A stretch of DNA of 64,000 nt. It comes from an uncultured Aliarcobacter sp. Its GTDB lineage: Bacteria > Campylobacterota > Campylobacteria > Campylobacterales > Arcobacteraceae. Shown one piece after another: positions 19,998 to 31,035 of this stretch. The DNA is taken from contig CAXXLV010000002.1 in the NCBI GenBank assembly GCA_963664305.2, positions 768,001 to 832,000 of the forward strand, read 5' to 3'. The first letter of the stretch is position 1. Each line of letters begins with the position of its first letter. The position numbers and the translations under genes were made by a program. Under the pieces are notes generated by a model. That model did no database searches, was not told the DNA's origin, and was given only the letters and a program-made list of their open reading frames with translations.

Positions 19998-21818
19998 TTA
20001 ATCCTTACATAAAATATATGGCTCTATACCATAGTCTTGACATGAAGATATAAAACTACTTAATAACCAAACTAATTGAATCAAATGTGAATTAGGAATA
20101 GAACTTGTCAGCATTCTTTGTAATTTATTATCTAAAGAATTTTTACTAAAAAATGGTGTTGCAAGATAAATACGTTTTTTCGAATTAGTTTTAGAATAAA
20201 CTCTTTCCAACGAATCTTTAATTTCACTAAATGAATTAAAAACATTTCCATCTTTTCTTAAACGACAAATATTTGTTGACTCATAATTTTTACACCATTT
20301 GTCATTATACTTTATTTCATAATCTTTAATTGAAGCATTAACTCTACCAATATTTTTTAAAGCTTGAGAAACTACTTCATGCATTACACTTGCACTATAT
20401 TTATCTTTCTTCACAAATTTAGAATGAATAAATGATATACTATTTTCATCAATGTATATATGATCTGCCCATTCATTACCCATATCATCACAAATTAATA
20501 TTCCATTATTAAAGTTTTCTTCAACTCTATAAAACAATGAATTGGAAGGAAATCTGTTTAATAAATTAAAATGATTTTTCTGAGCTAAAGTTGCATTTTT
20601 TCCAGGTTTACACTTTTCGGAATCTATATCTCCTCCATTAAGTAAATTATTATTAGTTTCACAAATTGATAATATTTTATTAATATTCATTTGTGTTAAC
20701 AACTGTTTATCAGAAAAAGCATATTTACCTATATATGCATACTTTGGTTTATCAAAAATGATTGTGTAATTTTTATTTTCATTTATAAATTTTAAAATAG
20801 ATTCTTGCCCTTGGTCATCTAAATAAACCTTTTCAATTTGACTATTTTTTAAAGATATTGATTTATTATTTATTTTAAGTTCTCCAAATTTTTTCCCTTT
20901 TAATTGTATTTTATAAATACTATCACTAACATGTTCAATATGAAATATTTTTCTTAATGTAATAAATAATTTCTTTAAATCATCATTCTCTAATTTATGA
21001 GGTTGAGAATTTTGATCAAAATAGTACAAATCTCTAATACCATTTTCAATTTCATTTTCTAACTTATAAAAATGAAATAATATTCCAATTGGAGAAGAAT
21101 CATCCATAATATCTTTTAAATTTATTGGATTTGCAAAACCATTTATGAATTCACTTTCCACATCACTTTCCACATCAGAAATAATGCTTAGACACCAAGA
21201 AATATAATCATCTAATTTTGCCTTTGTAGATCGTTGACCAATTCGTGATGAATTTGGAGTTATTGAAAAAGTATCTCCTTGTTGATTTATTCTAATATTT
21301 CGAGGAACGGATCTACTTGAAGAAGTTAATGGCATAATTCCATTTAAATTATCTGCTTCATAACTTCTTGATCGTATAACCGCATCTGAAATTGTCATAT
21401 TTCCCATAGAAATCTTTTCATATTTTGTATTATCTGAAGCTTTAAAATGTACAAATTTATCATAATCAAAATAATCTATATAATTTTCTAATTCTTTTTC
21501 AATACCCGTTATATTTTTCTTACTGATAAATATATAGTTATCATTCTCAATAATTACTAAATATGCATATTTTATCTCATTTTCTTCAGTACCACATAAG
21601 AAAGAAGGTTCTTCATCGAATTTAAAAGACATTATTGAAAAAGAAATGTTTTCATTTATATCTGATTGTTTTTTTATTTCTTTAATTACATAATTTCCTT
21701 TTTTTTTGGTTGATAAATTTATAAATACTCTTGTTATCTTATTTTCTGACAGACTTTTTAATTTTTTATATATTTGTACACTTTTTGATAACTCAACATT
21801 TTGTAATTCTATTGACAT
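19998..21818 (-). CDS. uncharacterised 606-aa protein, possible C-terminal PD-(D/E)xK-like nuclease
   Basis: ICDDMGNEWADHI...FIHSK...HEVVSQALKN; 4 bp upstream of hamA. Confidence 0.55.
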   Translation of the reverse strand: MSIELQNVELSKSVQIYKKLKSLSENKITRVFINLSTKKKGNYVIKEIKKQSDINENISFSIMSFKFDEEPSFLCGTEENEIKYAYLVIIENDNYIFISKKNITGIEKELENYIDYFDYDKFVHFKASDNTKYEKISMGNMTISDAVIRSRSYEADNLNGIMPLTSSSRSVPRNIRINQQGDTFSITPNSSRIGQRSTKAKLDDYISWCLSIISDVESDVESEFINGFANPINLKDIMDDSSPIGILFHFYKLENEIENGIRDLYYFDQNSQPHKLENDDLKKLFITLRKIFHIEHVSDSIYKIQLKGKKFGELKINNKSISLKNSQIEKVYLDDQGQESILKFINENKNYTIIFDKPKYAYIGKYAFSDKQLLTQMNINKILSICETNNNLLNGGDIDSEKCKPGKNATLAQKNHFNLLNRFPSNSLFYRVEENFNNGILICDDMGNEWADHIYIDENSISFIHSKFVKKDKYSASVMHEVVSQALKNIGRVNASIKDYEIKYNDKWCKNYESTNICRLRKDGNVFNSFSEIKDSLERVYSKTNSKKRIYLATPFFSKNSLDNKLQRMLTSSIPNSHLIQLVWLLSSFISSCQDYGIEPYILCKD

Positions 21819-21830
21819 AATTTTTATCCT

Positions 21831-22667
21831 CTAAATAATTTCCAAAACACTCGTCCCATCACCCTTATGTTCAACCTTTATCTGCAATGGAATTCGCTCT
21901 TTTAGTGCTTCCACATGGGAAATCACACCTACCATCTTTCCTGAACTTTGTAGTTGATTTAGTGCTAGTTCTAAACTATCAGCATCTAGTGTCCCAAACC
22001 CTTCATATAAGAAAAGTGAATCTATACTTATCTTTTGACTTGCAAGGGCTGAAAGTCCAAGAGCAAGTGAAAGACTTACTATAAAACTTTCCCCTCCTGA
22101 GAGTGTACTTACAGGTCTTAATACATCCCCTTGAAAACCATCAATTATTTCTATTTCAAATAATTTATTTGAATCACTACTTCTTTGAAGTTCATATCTT
22201 GGACTTAGTATTTGTAAATGTTTATTTGATATATAGATAAGTTGGTCTAAAGTAATACCTTGGGCAAATTTAGCAAATTTATCTCCACTTGCTAAACCTA
22301 CCATTTCATTTAGTTTTATCCATACTTTAAATGCTTCTTTTTTCTTCTCTAACTCTTTGATTTTATCTTCATGTTTTTTCATATTTGAAGCATTGATTTC
22401 AAGCTCTTTTTCTAAACTACCTATTGATTTTTGAAGTTCGTCAATAGCTGTTTGTAACTCTTTTGATTCAACATAATAGATAATTTGTGGAGTTCCAGTA
22501 TCAAAAATATCTCCTGATATAACTAAAACTTCAACTTGTTTTTCTTTTATAATTTCTAAAAGCCAAGAAAGAAAAGCTTCATGCTCTTCAGCTCTACTTT
22601 TCCCCATAAAATTTTGACCAAGATGCCAATCAGATGTATGTAATAAACGCATAAATATCCTATACAA
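21831..22667 (-). pseudogene. SbcD N-terminus fused in frame to SbcC C-terminus (deletion remnant)
   Basis: LHTSDWHLG...SGDIFD (Mre11/SbcD) joined to LSGGESF...IDSLFLYEGFGTLD...ISHV (SbcC, Walker B D to Y). Confidence 0.85.
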
Positions 22668-23094
22668 ACTTTATACATTTATTATAACTATCAAATAACT
22701 CTTTTTTGACTCTTTTTTATTATTAGATTATTTTAAAACTTAAAATAGAAAAAAAATTATATGTTTATACTATTTTTAGCTAGAAAATAAATTATTAGAA
22801 ATTTAAAAGTTAATTGGAGAAAATACATATAAACTTAATATTTTTTTATTCATTTATATTATTAAATTAACTAACTATCTTTTAATAATAACTATTTTGA
22901 ATAAAACTAAAGAAACAATAATCTAATATTTAACACAAGTAAAAGTGTTGTACAATCACATAATTTTTCTTCTCCCTTATATCATATTTTCTAAATTTTA
23001 AACCATTATTATGCTAATAAAATACTATTAAACTAATAGTAAATTAATATCACTTTATATATAATTTAATACTAATAATATAAAAGGAATTTGA

Positions 23095-23757
23095 ATGATA
23101 ATTTCAGTGTGTAATGAAAAAGGTGGTAGTGGAAAAACTACAATTGCCTTAAATATTGCAGTTAAACTTGGTCTTTTAAAAGAAGATACTTTATTAATTG
23201 ATGCAGACCCTCAAAGAAGTATTGAAGTATTTACTAATATTAGAGCTAATGAAAATATTGATCTTATTTTTAATACTGTTTCAAAATTTGGAAGCAGTCT
23301 TGGTAAAGAAGTTAAAAGCTTACAAAATAAATATTCTTCAATTGTAATTGATACAGGTGGTAGAGATAGTGAAGAAATGAGACAAGCATTAGCAATTAGT
23401 GATTTAGTAATTATTCCAACACTTCCAAGTGATTTAGATATTGCTGTTTTAAATAAAATGATAAATCTTTTTAATCAAGCTAAAGCTTTTAACCCAAATG
23501 CTAAAGCATTAATTACTATTTCTAAAGCTAGCCCAAATCCTTTTCTAACTAAAAAAATTAAAGATTTAAAAGAATATATTAAAGATAAAAATCTTGAAGA
23601 TATAAAACTTTGTGAAAGTGTAATATTTGAAAGAGAAGCATATAAAAACTCTTTTTCAAATGGTTTAGGTATCTTAGAATTCCTTGATGAAAAAGCTAAA
23701 GCTTATCAAGATTTTAATAACTTCTTTGATGAATTAGTTGAATATGTAAATAATTAG
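23095..23757 (+). CDS. parA: ParA-family ATPase (short, type Ib)
   Basis: NEKGGSGKTT, IDADPQ and VIDTGG motifs. Confidence 0.9.
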   Translation: MIISVCNEKGGSGKTTIALNIAVKLGLLKEDTLLIDADPQRSIEVFTNIRANENIDLIFNTVSKFGSSLGKEVKSLQNKYSSIVIDTGGRDSEEMRQALAISDLVIIPTLPSDLDIAVLNKMINLFNQAKAFNPNAKALITISKASPNPFLTKKIKDLKEYIKDKNLEDIKLCESVIFEREAYKNSFSNGLGILEFLDEKAKAYQDFNNFFDELVEYVNN

Positions 23758-23825
23758 TTAGTATTTATTTACTAATAAAATAATATTAATATATAAATAA
23801 ATAATAATTAAAATAAAGGTTTAAA

Positions 23826-24119
23826 ATGAAAGAATCAATATTTAAAAAGAATGAAAAAAAATCATTCGCTTTTGTAGAAGATGATAGTTTAGATAATGAA
23901 GTAAAACAATTAGATGAGTTTGTAAGCTCTGCAAGAGGTGAGTCTAAAAAGGTCTTAAACCCTAAAGGTAGACCTAAATTAAATAATGATGAATTAAAAC
24001 AAGAACAAATAGTGATTTATCTTACAAAAGAGCAAAAAGATGAAATCACTAAAAAAGCAAAACAATCATCTTTAAGTGTTTCAAAATATGTAATGCTAAA
24101 GGTTTTTGGGATAAGTTAA
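23826..24119 (+). CDS. ribbon-helix-helix ParA partner
   Basis: GRPK...IVIYLTKEQKDEITKKAKQSSLSVSKYV; follows parA. Confidence 0.65.
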   Translation: MKESIFKKNEKKSFAFVEDDSLDNEVKQLDEFVSSARGESKKVLNPKGRPKLNNDELKQEQIVIYLTKEQKDEITKKAKQSSLSVSKYVMLKVFGIS

Positions 24120-24485
24120 TATAAAAAAGAAGAATTGAACCTAAAAAAAGAATAGATTTAAAAAGAGATATTTTAACAAAAAACTTTATTGAACTAAAAA
24201 TTAGTCACTAAAATAGTCACTGTTTCTCTTATGAATTTATTAATATTTAAGTTTATAAATTTTACAATTAATCATCTCTTTGAGATTCGCTGCTGATTAA
24301 TGCGAGAGTTAATGTGTGATAGGATTATCCCTTTAACTTGACAATCCATAAATACTCTGTAATTTATGTTATAACAAGTTGTTAATAACATAGTAAATTA
24401 CAAAGATTTAGTATTCATATACCCACTTGACGATCACTATTTTATTTAATAACTTGTTTCAAATAATATTAAAACAAGGATTATT

Positions 24486-25151
24486 ATGAAAGATAATAAA
24501 ATAGCAGTTTTTTTTGACTGTGAGAATATAAGTTCAAGATATGTTGATGAAATCATTGATGAATTAGCAAAAGTTGGTGAAGTAATTATTAAAAAAGCTT
24601 ATCATAATTGGAGAGAAAATTCTTCAACTCATTGGGATGATAAACTTAAAGAGTTTGCAATTGATGCAATTCAAGTTTTTCCAAATATAACAGGTAAAAA
24701 TGCAGCTGATAGTAAATTAATAATTGATGTAATGAATACTATTTATCAGTCAGGAATTAATACTATATGTATTGTATCTAGTGATAGTGATTTTACTGTC
24801 CTTGCATCAGAAATTAAGTCTAAAAGTATAGCTAGTATTGGATTTGGAGAAAAAAAGACTCCAGAAAGTTTAAGAAAAGCCTACACTACATTTTATGAAT
24901 TACCAGTAAAAAAGAAAAATAAAGATATAGTAAGTTTATTATTAGATGCAATAAATGATCTAAAAGATGAAGATGATTATGTGAATATTTCTACTATTAC
25001 AAAATATTTGTTAAACAAAGATTCTTCTTATATTCCACAAAATTATGGATATAAAAAATGGAGCGACTTAATAAAAGAAAAAAAATCATATTTTATTTAT
25101 GAATATAGAAATAATAACAGTTCTTTTATGGTAAAAGTAAATAGTAATTAA
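24486..25151 (+). CDS. NYN (PIN-fold) RNase with OST-HTH/LOTUS domain
   Basis: FFDCENI, GKNAADSKLIID, VSSDSDF and C-terminal YGYKKWSDLI. Confidence 0.88.
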   Translation: MKDNKIAVFFDCENISSRYVDEIIDELAKVGEVIIKKAYHNWRENSSTHWDDKLKEFAIDAIQVFPNITGKNAADSKLIIDVMNTIYQSGINTICIVSSDSDFTVLASEIKSKSIASIGFGEKKTPESLRKAYTTFYELPVKKKNKDIVSLLLDAINDLKDEDDYVNISTITKYLLNKDSSYIPQNYGYKKWSDLIKEKKSYFIYEYRNNNSSFMVKVNSN

Positions 25152-25254
25152 ATTAATACAAAATATAATTAAAAATTGATTTATGATAAATTTTTTTATA
25201 AGATGTTTATTGTTGTTCAAAGTTTAATTATATTTTATAAATTTAGGATTATAG

Positions 25255-25285
25255 TTTCTAAGTATGTTTTAGGGTTTACAGATCA
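25255..25285 (+). repeat. orphan IS3-like terminal repeat, copy 1 (copy 2 at 37294-37324)
   Basis: TTTCT(A/G)AGTATGTTTTAGGGTT(T/G)ACAGATCA direct repeat ending in CA. Confidence 0.6.
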
Positions 25286-25332
25286 ACAGATCAATTTTAA
25301 ATGTACTTCTAAAACATTACTTTTGTAATAAA

Positions 25333-25941
25333 TCATCTAATCAAAGCCTCCCTAATCTGCTCATCAGTAGGCTTTATATATCCCATTGTTGTACTTACAT
25401 TTTTATGTCCAACAAATTGGGATATGATTTTTATGTTTATTGATTTACTTCCCATTTCTGTAATTAATCCTTGTCTAAAGCTATGAGAAGAATATCCTTC
25501 TCCTAAAATTTCTTTAATGGTTTTATTTACTTGTTGTATAAACACTATATTATTAATAGAAGTTCTTTTATTTTTATCACTACCTTTTGAAATAATTTTA
25601 TTATCATCAAGTTCATTTTTAAAATCAAATAGTTTTACAAGTTCTTTTTGAAAAGAGTTAGTTAGATATAGTTTTCTTTGAGTAGATGTTTTTGAAATAT
25701 CTAATTTTACATTTCCATCTTGTAATAAATTTTTTATATCTTTTATTTTTAGTTCTTGAACTTCATTTAATCTAAGACCTGTAAAAAATAAAATAGTAAA
25801 AGTTCTAAGAAGATTTTGTTTTGTATTAAATCTAAGATTTTCATCTCCTCTTATAAATGACATTAGTTTTTTATATTCAACTTCAGTGATATTTTCTTTA
25901 ATTCTTTTTATCTCTTTTTTTTCATCAACTTTTTTACTCAT
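25333..25941 (-). CDS. short tyrosine recombinase (catalytic domain only)
   Basis: TGLRLNE, HSFRQG and VGHKNVSTTMGY (R-H-R-H-Y). Confidence 0.9.
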   Translation of the reverse strand: MSKKVDEKKEIKRIKENITEVEYKKLMSFIRGDENLRFNTKQNLLRTFTILFFTGLRLNEVQELKIKDIKNLLQDGNVKLDISKTSTQRKLYLTNSFQKELVKLFDFKNELDDNKIISKGSDKNKRTSINNIVFIQQVNKTIKEILGEGYSSHSFRQGLITEMGSKSINIKIISQFVGHKNVSTTMGYIKPTDEQIREALIR

Positions 25942-26092
25942 TTTTTTAAACCTTATAATTTATTATAAATATTGAGCTTTTATAATGTTTTTAAAATCCT
26001 TTAAAATAAAAAAACTCTGTATATGCCTAGAATTAGGTAAACCTAATAAATTGAAGTATTTTATTAGGTTTTGATTTTATTAAAAATGCATT

Positions 26093-26476
26093 TTAAATTT
26101 TCATTATAAAAATGAATTTTTTAAATTCTTCCAAATCACTATTATTTAATAATGGATATAAAATTAACCAATTATCCTCATAATCACCAAAAAATTCTTC
26201 AATCAATTCTTCCATTTTGTAATAAGAATATTTATAATCAGTTGTTCCTTTAATAATCAGAAGAATTAAATATAAAAATTGATCAAAGTCAATTTTTTCC
26301 TTTGCATTATTAAAATGTACGATAAGAGCTAAATTTTTTAATACTTTATGATTATCAATTTTTTCAAGCATATTTTTAATAACTGTTTTTTCTTTAGAAA
26401 GTTTATTTATATCCATATGATTTATTAAAATTTGCAATATAAATTTTCTTAATTTGTCTAATCTCTTAATATACAT
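26093..26476 (-). CDS. hypothetical protein
   Basis: 127 aa, coupled to the upstream ORF. Confidence 0.5.
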   Translation of the reverse strand: MYIKRLDKLRKFILQILINHMDINKLSKEKTVIKNMLEKIDNHKVLKNLALIVHFNNAKEKIDFDQFLYLILLIIKGTTDYKYSYYKMEELIEEFFGDYEDNWLILYPLLNNSDLEEFKKFIFIMKI

Positions 26477-27024
26477 TATATTGTCCCCTTTTCTTCAACT
26501 TCTATCCAGACTCTATGAATCAATGAATATGAAACTTTAAACTTATGATTTTTTTCAAAATATTCAGCCATATCCCTAAAACTCATATCCTCTGCTACTA
26601 ACTCTTTTACTATTGACCAATAAGATAATAGTTTTTGAGTTTTAAACTTTTTGTGAGGTTTTCTATTTCTGAATTCTAAAACTTTTAATTTTGTGCCACT
26701 TAAAGAATTTATAAAATCATCAATTGCAATAATTAGTGCTACTAAAGTTAATGTATCTTTATCAACACCCTTATTATTTAGACTTTTTAACTTATGGAAA
26801 GTATCACGTTGCCTATTCAATACTCTTTTCTGTTGAGATGCATTGAGTTTTGCAAAGTGTTTTAACAATGCTTTTTGATCATCTATTGGTTTTCTTGTAA
26901 GAAGTTCTAATTCTTTTTCTTCATTTATTGCCATTTTTTTCCTTTTTTGTAAATCTATACTTACATTCACAATTTTTTGATTTTTAAAAAATTTAAAAAA
27001 ATAAGAATGCAAAATTTCAAACAA
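26476..27024 (-). CDS. hypothetical, C-terminal HTH-like segment
   Basis: MSFRDMAEYFEKNHKFKVSYSLIHRVW; the true start is probably the later MAINEE. Confidence 0.5.
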   Translation of the reverse strand: MFEILHSYFFKFFKNQKIVNVSIDLQKRKKMAINEEKELELLTRKPIDDQKALLKHFAKLNASQQKRVLNRQRDTFHKLKSLNNKGVDKDTLTLVALIIAIDDFINSLSGTKLKVLEFRNRKPHKKFKTQKLLSYWSIVKELVAEDMSFRDMAEYFEKNHKFKVSYSLIHRVWIEVEEKGTI

Positions 27025-27030
27025 AAATTT

Positions 27031-27780
27031 TTAATTAAATAACACCATTTTTTTCTTATTCTTCAAATAAGCCAGAATCTCTTTCAAAATCCCTATGAGA
27101 AAGTTCTTTTTTGGAATTTCTTTAAATGTGTTAGTATCTTTTATTTCTGGATTAATTTTTGAAAAGAATTCATAAAATTTTTGTTTCTCAAATTGATTTA
27201 ATGAATGATAGATAAATCTAAAAATGTCAATATTTTTAATTTTAATTTCTTCTATATCTTTTAGTGAATAATCATTTTGTAAATAAAGTTTTATAACTTT
27301 TTTTTCATTTATAAAACTCTCATCAAGATAAGTTAGAACAGAGAGTAAAATCTTTTTAGAATCAAATGTTCTATAGTATTTAAAAAGTTGATTATCAGTT
27401 AGATTAAAATCAATTTTTTTTGTTAATTGTTTTAGATTTATTCTTGCTATTTCATCTACATTACTTAAAAAATCTCTAGGAAGCCAAAGAAACTGAAATG
27501 AAAAAAATTTATGACTCTTTTTGCAATATTCCTTAAGAGAAGTGGTGTTTAAACTTTGACAATCATATACAAACACTACATTTTTATATTTATTTTTTAT
27601 TGCAATCTTTATTGAAAAAAGTAGTGCTAAAAATTCTGCTTCAATTGAATTTACACCTTCTAAATTTTTACTATAAAATTTATTATCATAAGTATCAAGA
27701 ACTGTGATATTTGCAACTTTATTTTTATGACAAGTACTTGCATCACTTTGTAAAAATACTATATCTCTTTTTGATTTCAT
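27031..27780 (-). CDS. RNase H-like domain protein
   Basis: SDAS...NSIEAEFLAL...YDCQ...LPR...VDEIAR. Confidence 0.65.
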   Translation of the reverse strand: MKSKRDIVFLQSDASTCHKNKVANITVLDTYDNKFYSKNLEGVNSIEAEFLALLFSIKIAIKNKYKNVVFVYDCQSLNTTSLKEYCKKSHKFFSFQFLWLPRDFLSNVDEIARINLKQLTKKIDFNLTDNQLFKYYRTFDSKKILLSVLTYLDESFINEKKVIKLYLQNDYSLKDIEEIKIKNIDIFRFIYHSLNQFEKQKFYEFFSKINPEIKDTNTFKEIPKKNFLIGILKEILAYLKNKKKMVLFN

Positions 27781-27782
27781 TT

Positions 27783-27986
27783 TTAATATTCTTCTTTTAA
27801 ATCTCTAAATATTTGAGCATATATTTCACTTGCGAATTCACTCTCATTAGAATAATTTCTTGCTTGATAAATCTCTATATCTTTTTCTTCAATATCAAAG
27901 TTTTCATTCATGATTTTTAAAAACTTTTTTTTATTTTCTTCAGTAAAATAAGTATCAAGTTCTATAATTGTTGTTGGGTATTGCAT
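27783..27986 (-). CDS. hypothetical protein
   Basis: 67-aa ORF with AAGGA RBS, in an operon. Confidence 0.5.
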   Translation of the reverse strand: MQYPTTIIELDTYFTEENKKKFLKIMNENFDIEEKDIEIYQARNYSNESEFASEIYAQIFRDLKEEY

Positions 27987-28002
27987 AAGATTTTTTCCTT
28001 TT

Positions 28003-28299
28003 TTAGTTTTTTTCTTTTATATTTATTTCTAAACTATTTTTATTTTTACTATTTTTTGGAAAGCCATGTTTTTCATATTTATTAGTAATTGAAATACCTG
28101 TAAACAAAGTTATTAGACAATATGCAATATAGTAAGATACAGAATCATCTAACTTATTATTGATTTCATTTTCAGAATAAATAATTACCATTAGAAAAAC
28201 ATAAACTAAGCCACCAAACAATACTAATACTCCAAGAAGAATTAATATTTTTCCAAACTCATAAAGATTTTCATTCATTGATTTATAAAATTGATACAT
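28003..28299 (-). CDS. 2-TM membrane protein
   Basis: Two hydrophobic segments; AGGAG RBS. Confidence 0.55.
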   Translation of the reverse strand: MYQFYKSMNENLYEFGKILILLGVLVLFGGLVYVFLMVIIYSENEINNKLDDSVSYYIAYCLITLFTGISITNKYEKHGFPKNSKNKNSLEINIKEKN

Positions 28300-28340
28300 A
28301 GTAAACTCCTTTATTTTTTTGTTTTATTAAAATCAATTCT

Positions 28341-28673
28341 CTATTTGAAACTACATCTTGATATTTTAAAAATATCAATACCATTTGTAATAAAATTTTT
28401 TCTGTTTTCATCAAACTTAAATCCATTTGCTAAAGAAACTACTTTTGAAGAGCAAACAAGTTCAGCATTTGAATTAAATGCTTTTATTAGTTCTTCTTTT
28501 TCTGTTTTATCTTTTTGTTGTAAGAAAAAAATAAACAATACACACAAAGATGCAAAGGAAATTCGAATTAATATAGAATAAAACAATTTTTTTTCTCTTA
28601 ACTCTAACTTTGTATTTTTTAAATTTACATTTACTTGATTATCTTCTATATTATTGTTTATAGAACTATCCAT
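28341..28673 (-). CDS. single-TM hypothetical protein
   Basis: TM segment followed by a domain with two Cys. Confidence 0.55.
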   Translation of the reverse strand: MDSSINNNIEDNQVNVNLKNTKLELREKKLFYSILIRISFASLCVLFIFFLQQKDKTEKEELIKAFNSNAELVCSSKVVSLANGFKFDENRKNFITNGIDIFKISRCSFK

Positions 28674-28847
28674 ATATAAATCCTTTCTATTTTAATTTTT
28701 CATATATAAATTTATTAAAAACTATTTTTCATAGTCTATACAATGGGTAACTAATAAAATCAATTACAACAACTAAAATCCCTAAAGATTTTTTACTTCT
28801 AGAATTTTGCATATTTTTCTCCTTTTAAATTTAAATACTTCCATATT

Positions 28848-28930
28848 TATCTATATTAGATAAATATAATATAATTATAATCTAAAATGGAATAATTTGT
28901 CAATATAACTTTAACTATATTAGATTTTAT
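28848..28930 (-). promoter_or_regulatory. sigma70 promoter with TATCTA-N3-TAGATA operators (copy 1; copy 2 at 31315-31395)
   Basis: Minus-strand TTGACA...TATAAT flanked by the palindrome TATCTATATTAGATA. Confidence 0.6.
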
Positions 28931-29191
28931 CTAGTTCTTATTTATCTATATTAGTTATACTTGTAAGTCTAAACAATATATTTTCATACAATTTTAAAAA
29001 CATGGAATCAATATAAATTATTTAATACACTAATTACTGTTTAATTAATTGGCTAAAAATGTTACTTTTTAGAAAAGACTTTAGAAAAATAGTTATTTTT
29101 TTTCATATATCCCTAAAAAAGAGTTTTTTATGAGTAATTTATTTTTTAAAATATAATGATTAAATTATTAAATAAAAAAGGGGAAACATAA

Positions 29192-29461
29192 ATGAAAAAT
29201 ATTCTAAAGATTGGATTTGGAATAGCTCTTGGGACTATTTTATTTACTGGTTGTGGAGGACCAGATGATAAAGTTGTAAAAAATATTGCATCACAATATA
29301 GAATTAAATCAGCTACAGAATCTGATGTTAAAATTGTTAAATCATATGAAGAACATGGAAAAACAGTATTTATATTGGAAATAAAAGGAAGCATTTGTGA
29401 AATGCCAATGATTGAAATTAACAAAGAATGGTCTGCAACAGGAATAAGTTGTAGAGGATAA
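29192..29461 (+). CDS. small lipoprotein
   Basis: Lipobox FTGC. Confidence 0.75.
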   Translation: MKNILKIGFGIALGTILFTGCGGPDDKVVKNIASQYRIKSATESDVKIVKSYEEHGKTVFILEIKGSICEMPMIEINKEWSATGISCRG

Positions 29462-29489
29462 ATATTTAATTATATACAAGGAGAAAATT

Positions 29490-29702
29490 ATGGGTATGCC
29501 AGGTGGATTTGAATGGTTATTAATGATGATCATTATGTTAGGAATTTTAGCTATTTTTATTTATGCAATAGTTGATGTAATAAAAAGTGAATTTGAGAAT
29601 AGCATTAATAAAGTGATTTGGTTATTATTAATCTTATTTTTAGGACCTATTGGGATAATTTTATATTTCATAATTGGAAGAAAACAAAAAATAAAAAACT
29701 AA
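29490..29702 (+). CDS. PLDc_N-domain membrane protein
   Basis: AIVDVIK...KVIWLLLILFLGPIGIILYFIIGR. Confidence 0.8.
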   Translation: MGMPGGFEWLLMMIIMLGILAIFIYAIVDVIKSEFENSINKVIWLLLILFLGPIGIILYFIIGRKQKIKN

Positions 29703-29743
29703 AAAACATCAGCATAAAGCTGATGTTAAAAACCTTTTAAGGT

Positions 29744-30853
29744 TTAATCTAAAGGAATTAATTTCCATCTATCATCATCGTCTCTTTCATTATATGCTCT
29801 TAGATTTGCAAAATAGTTTTCTCCATTATGAAATAAAGAATATCTACTTTGTGAAATTATATTTTTATTTTGATAAGCAGTAAATGTTGTTGAAGGTATA
29901 TATAAATAAGATTTATTGTCTTTCACATATGAAATTTTAAATGTAGGAATAGCAATATTTTTATCATTGAACATATCAATTATTGAAAATAAGATACCTG
30001 CACCAATTCCAACACCTGCTGCAGTTCCACTTGAATTTCCAGACATACTTGAAAAATTCATAGCAGTTTCCATTTTATTAATTTGATTTGTTGAAGTATT
30101 AAGTACTCCAAAATTTAAGTTTTTACCTTCTTTTTGTAATTTCTTAATTTCACTTTGATAATAGTCTCTAGAAAACTCAAAAACTACAATTTTATCAGCA
30201 TCACTTGGATTTTCAACTACAGTATAACCTGCTTTTTTAAAAGCTGTTTCTGTTCTTTTTGAATATACTTGTCTTAAAAGTTCTTTTTTTGTATAGATTT
30301 TTAAAATACCTTTATCTAATGCATACTCATCTGGATAAATTTCCCATGTAGTACCAATTTTATCTGCAAAATCAGAATCTCCAACAATTGAAGGAGCATT
30401 CTTTCTATTATCAGAAATTTTCTCAAACAGAGTTTGTTTTATATTATAAAAATCTTGATATGCTTCATTTCTTGAAGTATATTTTTTATTTGCAACAAGA
30501 CCAATTGTTTTTTCATCTGATTCAAGAGTTAACTTTATATTTAAAACTTTGTTTTCAGTATTTGCTCCTCCGACATAGTCAAATCTATCGTAAAAACTTG
30601 CATCGGAAACATTTTTAGCATCATACCAATATCTTGGTTTGATTTCTGTATTATTTATAAAATCAGCAATGTTTTTTAAGTCTTTTTCAACTGCTTCTTT
30701 ATTGTTGTCTTTATAATAAAGTTTAACTGATTTATTCTCTTCAACTTTACTGCTTCCAGGAATTTCAACTCCACCATCTAAAGTTTGAACACAACCAGTT
30801 GTACTTAATGCTATTGCAATTAAAATAATTGCATTGTAAATGAATTTTTTCAT
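29744..30853 (-). CDS. lipoprotein of unknown function
   Basis: Signal peptide ending TTGC; glycine-zipper-like GTAAGVGIGAG. Confidence 0.7.
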   Translation of the reverse strand: MKKFIYNAIILIAIALSTTGCVQTLDGGVEIPGSSKVEENKSVKLYYKDNNKEAVEKDLKNIADFINNTEIKPRYWYDAKNVSDASFYDRFDYVGGANTENKVLNIKLTLESDEKTIGLVANKKYTSRNEAYQDFYNIKQTLFEKISDNRKNAPSIVGDSDFADKIGTTWEIYPDEYALDKGILKIYTKKELLRQVYSKRTETAFKKAGYTVVENPSDADKIVVFEFSRDYYQSEIKKLQKEGKNLNFGVLNTSTNQINKMETAMNFSSMSGNSSGTAAGVGIGAGILFSIIDMFNDKNIAIPTFKISYVKDNKSYLYIPSTTFTAYQNKNIISQSRYSLFHNGENYFANLRAYNERDDDDRWKLIPLD

Positions 30854-31035
30854 TTTTTTTCCCTTGTATTTTTGTAATTTTTATTTTAATTATTTTTTCT
30901 TAATTATTTTGAAATAGTTATTATTTAATTAAACTTTTTAATTATTTTATTTCAAGAATACACATTTACAGGAATTTATTTAAGTATATATAAATAGTAA
31001 ATTATTATTTATTATACTTTTTAAAAAAAGAAATA

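Noticed and set aside
24204..24221. TAGTCACT tandem repeat as the att arm of a sub-element
   Set aside because: No matching partner site was found in the window.
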